64,000 bases of DNA, taken from positions 224,001-288,000 of the forward strand of contig OZ252149.1 in NCBI GenBank assembly GCA_965248755.1. The letters run 5' to 3'. Made by a program: the position numbers and the translations under genes. Positions within the stretch are counted from its first letter, which is position 1. Every line of letters begins with the position of its first letter. This stretch comes from Candidatus Latescibacterota bacterium (GTDB lineage Bacteria; Latescibacterota; CBDEFO01). The notes under the pieces are model-generated. The model saw only the letters and a list, made by a program, of their open reading frames with translations, had not been told where the DNA came from and did not search any database. Of this stretch, positions 61,651 through 64,000 are shown in pieces.

Positions 61651-61836
61651 ATGAATGTTTAAGACCTCGTTACAGTCAAAGAGGAAGCCCAGTTCTTAAG
61701 GTGCTTGGAAAGGCACGTGCACAATGTTTATAGAGTCTGGATTGGTCGCAGCCACAAACCGGGGAAACAGTTCCTCCTACCCAGAAGCAGTGTCTTGAGC
61801 TACTTCAAGAGATGCAAATATGCCCCCTTTGAGTAG
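61651..61836 (+). pseudogene. Excisionase-like helix-turn-helix relic
   Basis: GGAGG SD, then MNV*DLVTVKEEAQFLRCLERHVHN / IESGLVAA / KPGKQFLLPRSSVLSYF across frameshifts. Confidence 0.5.
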
Positions 61837-61848
61837 TGGCTCTACCTG

Positions 61849-61889
61849 CCCCCAACCACCAATTGAATTTATTGGGGGTTCAATCTGTG
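61849..61889. repeat. Degenerate nested short palindromic element
   Basis: CCCCCAA [CCACCAATTGAATTTATTGGGGG] TTCAATCTGTG. Confidence 0.7.
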
Positions 61890-61940
61890 ACTCATCATGA
61901 CCCAAGCTGGGATGGGACACGTACCCCTGTCTACTTTCTA

Positions 61941-62912
61941 CTAAAAAGCGGCCTGGCATCCGGAGACTGGCCTTGACCGTCTCGCTACCCATCGGACACC
62001 GTTAAAGAGGCCCCTGGCTCTCTCGAGCGTTTCATCCGGCAGCGGCCCCTTTTCCAAGAACCGCACGGCCTCCGCCACATGTTCAGAGTTTGTCGATCCG
62101 AGAAGAGCTGTATCTACGTCAGCGTGTGAGAGTGTGAAGCGCAACACAAATTCCACCATGGATAAGTCTCCTGCGAGTTCTTCCAGAGGCAACTGGCGAG
62201 CCCGCTGCCACGGCTTCCGATAGAAGTCGTCCTCGGGTTCTTCCTTCAACTCCCACACTACATTTGAGATTGGCCGCTTGACGATAGTGCCTACTCCGCT
62301 TTCCTGAAGCGCCGGAATCAGCTCAGTGGCCGCTTCCTGAGACAGGAAATTGTAGGTGAACTGCCAGGTGTCCACCGGCCACTGCCGAACGAGTTCAGCG
62401 GCATATAGCACACCGGTCGGCTTCCCGACAAAGGCCCCGGCCGCAGGCCCATCAGCCGAAACCCCGACGAACCGGGCCCAGCCCCTCTCCCTAAGTCCCA
62501 GAAGAACCTCGAAGGCTTGCTCCACCTGTCCCACGGGGGGAAGACCGTGGAACTGGACCAGATCGATCATATCCACACGCAGCTTCTGCCTGCTTTGGTC
62601 CACAGTCCGGAGGATACCTTCGCGCGTATAGTCTTCGGAGATCTTTCGTCTGCCGTCACTTTCCAGCCAATAGCTGCCACACTTGGTAGCGATGGCGAAT
62701 TCATCCTTTCGCTGAGACAGCAACCTGCCAATGCGCTCTTCACTCAGACCATAGAGTGCAGCAGTGTCAAGGAAGTTGATGCCCAGGTCCAAGGCCTCAT
62801 TGAGCACCTTTTCCACGTGGGCATCTGACAGCTCCGCACTACCCAGACCGGCTGTGCCGAGACCAATCCTCGACACTTTTAGTCCTGTATTGCCGAGCAC
62901 GCGATATTCCAT
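61941..62912 (-). CDS. Aldo/keto reductase
   Basis: MEYRVLGNTGLKVSRIGLG, GINFLDTAALYG and ATKCG motifs. Confidence 0.92.
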   Translation of the reverse strand: MEYRVLGNTGLKVSRIGLGTAGLGSAELSDAHVEKVLNEALDLGINFLDTAALYGLSEERIGRLLSQRKDEFAIATKCGSYWLESDGRRKISEDYTREGILRTVDQSRQKLRVDMIDLVQFHGLPPVGQVEQAFEVLLGLRERGWARFVGVSADGPAAGAFVGKPTGVLYAAELVRQWPVDTWQFTYNFLSQEAATELIPALQESGVGTIVKRPISNVVWELKEEPEDDFYRKPWQRARQLPLEELAGDLSMVEFVLRFTLSHADVDTALLGSTNSEHVAEAVRFLEKGPLPDETLERARGLFNGVRWVARRSRPVSGCQAAF

Positions 62913-63069
62913 ACGATATCCCTTTGCGGTGAGTCCCACTCACCTGTTGTAAGCAGTGTCCTGGCAGGCGCATGTGGGACATCCCGGCCTCGCAGAGGGG
63001 GAATATAATTGTGCCTCATCGCTCAGTCAGGTGCATCCCGTTGTTAGGCCGCTTGTTGACGGTACTCTG

Positions 63070-63825
63070 TTATTGTACTGTCCAGCCACAATCAATCGTC
63101 CAACATGCTCCAGTTATCGATACGCCTTTTTCAGAACAAAGATAGAGCACAAGGTCGGCAACTTCCTTTGGTTCTATTAATTTCTTTATGGCAGCTGATT
63201 TGAGCATGATGTTCGCCACTACCTCTTCTTCACGAATCTGGTGTATTTTGGCCTGATCGATGATTTGCTTTTCAACTAAGGGAGTCCGTACATAGGACGG
63301 ACAAAGGGCATTTACGGTTATCCCATGAGCCCCACCTTCAAGGGCGGCCGTACGGGTCAATCCTATTAGACCATGTTTGACTGAGATATATCCAACCTTG
63401 TTCTGGGAAGCAACCAGTCCATGTATTGAGGCGATGTTCACAACACGTCCCCATTTTTGAGTTTTCATGTAGGGCCACACATATTTGGTCAGCAGAAAGG
63501 GCGCTGTCAGCATCACTCTCAACATCTGATCCCATTTTTCTTCTGGAAAATCCTCAAGCGGCGAGACATGCTGAAACCCCGCATTGTTTACCAGGATGTC
63601 GACTCTTCCGTATTGGCTAACCGTCGCATCGACCAAGTGACGGCACGATTCGCGTTCAGTCAGATCAACGTTGACAAAATAACCACCGACCTTTTCGGCT
63701 ACCGAAAGACCCTCCTCCTCCGTCCTGTCAGCAACGACAACTTTATGCCCTTCTTGACTCAAGGCTTCAGCTACTGACCTCCCGATGCCACGTGCACCAC
63801 CTGTTACTATTGCGCATTTCTTCAT
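63070..63825 (-). CDS. bdhA: 3-hydroxybutyrate dehydrogenase (SDR)
   Basis: TGGARGIG, NNAGFQHVSP, SIHGLVAS, YISVKHG and CPSYVRTPLVEKQI motifs. Confidence 0.88.
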   Translation of the reverse strand: MKKCAIVTGGARGIGRSVAEALSQEGHKVVVADRTEEEGLSVAEKVGGYFVNVDLTERESCRHLVDATVSQYGRVDILVNNAGFQHVSPLEDFPEEKWDQMLRVMLTAPFLLTKYVWPYMKTQKWGRVVNIASIHGLVASQNKVGYISVKHGLIGLTRTAALEGGAHGITVNALCPSYVRTPLVEKQIIDQAKIHQIREEEVVANIMLKSAAIKKLIEPKEVADLVLYLCSEKGVSITGACWTIDCGWTVQ

Positions 63826-64000
63826 GGTCTTCTCTGGCTAACGGCTGAGCTCAGCCTATCTACCAAATATTCGAGACCTTCCTTACTAAGTGTATTATTG
63901 TATGTATAATAGCCTTGATAGATTTGATGGAATAATATCAGGCGACTGGGTAATTAATATTTGCGGCTTATTAAGTGCCACTGCCAGTCCCGCTTCAAAA

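Noticed and set aside
981..61889. Palindromic repeats as a CRISPR array
   Set aside because: Copies are kilobases apart with no regular spacers, and no cas genes are present.

Overview
Bacterial genomic window. The gene families (C-terminal 'AVExxxWGxIK' proteins, FlgD-Ig tail proteins, CRTAC1/FG-GAP, PhyH) suggest a Candidatus Latescibacterota/Poribacteria-like organism; this is an inference. A core operon (uvrB-nadC-birA-murB, 26-31 kb) is flanked by accessory DNA rich in repeat proteins (TPR, FG-GAP, PD40, NHL, HEAT), putative carbohydrate-active and surface proteins, and gene relics. The most striking signal is a dispersed 21-23 bp imperfect palindrome, CCCC(C)GATTGAATCTATCGGGG(G), at 11 sites. 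It is repeatedly nested inside the loop of another copy at nearly the same position, lies in frame inside two coding genes and supplies the stop codon of a third. No mobilising enzyme for it is visible in the window. Also notable are four tandem GH123-like/HEAT-repeat genes including a crossover chimera, a frameshifted Lit-family protease, an uncharacterised surface-protein cassette and several candidate structured RNAs. No rRNA, tRNA or CRISPR array was seen.
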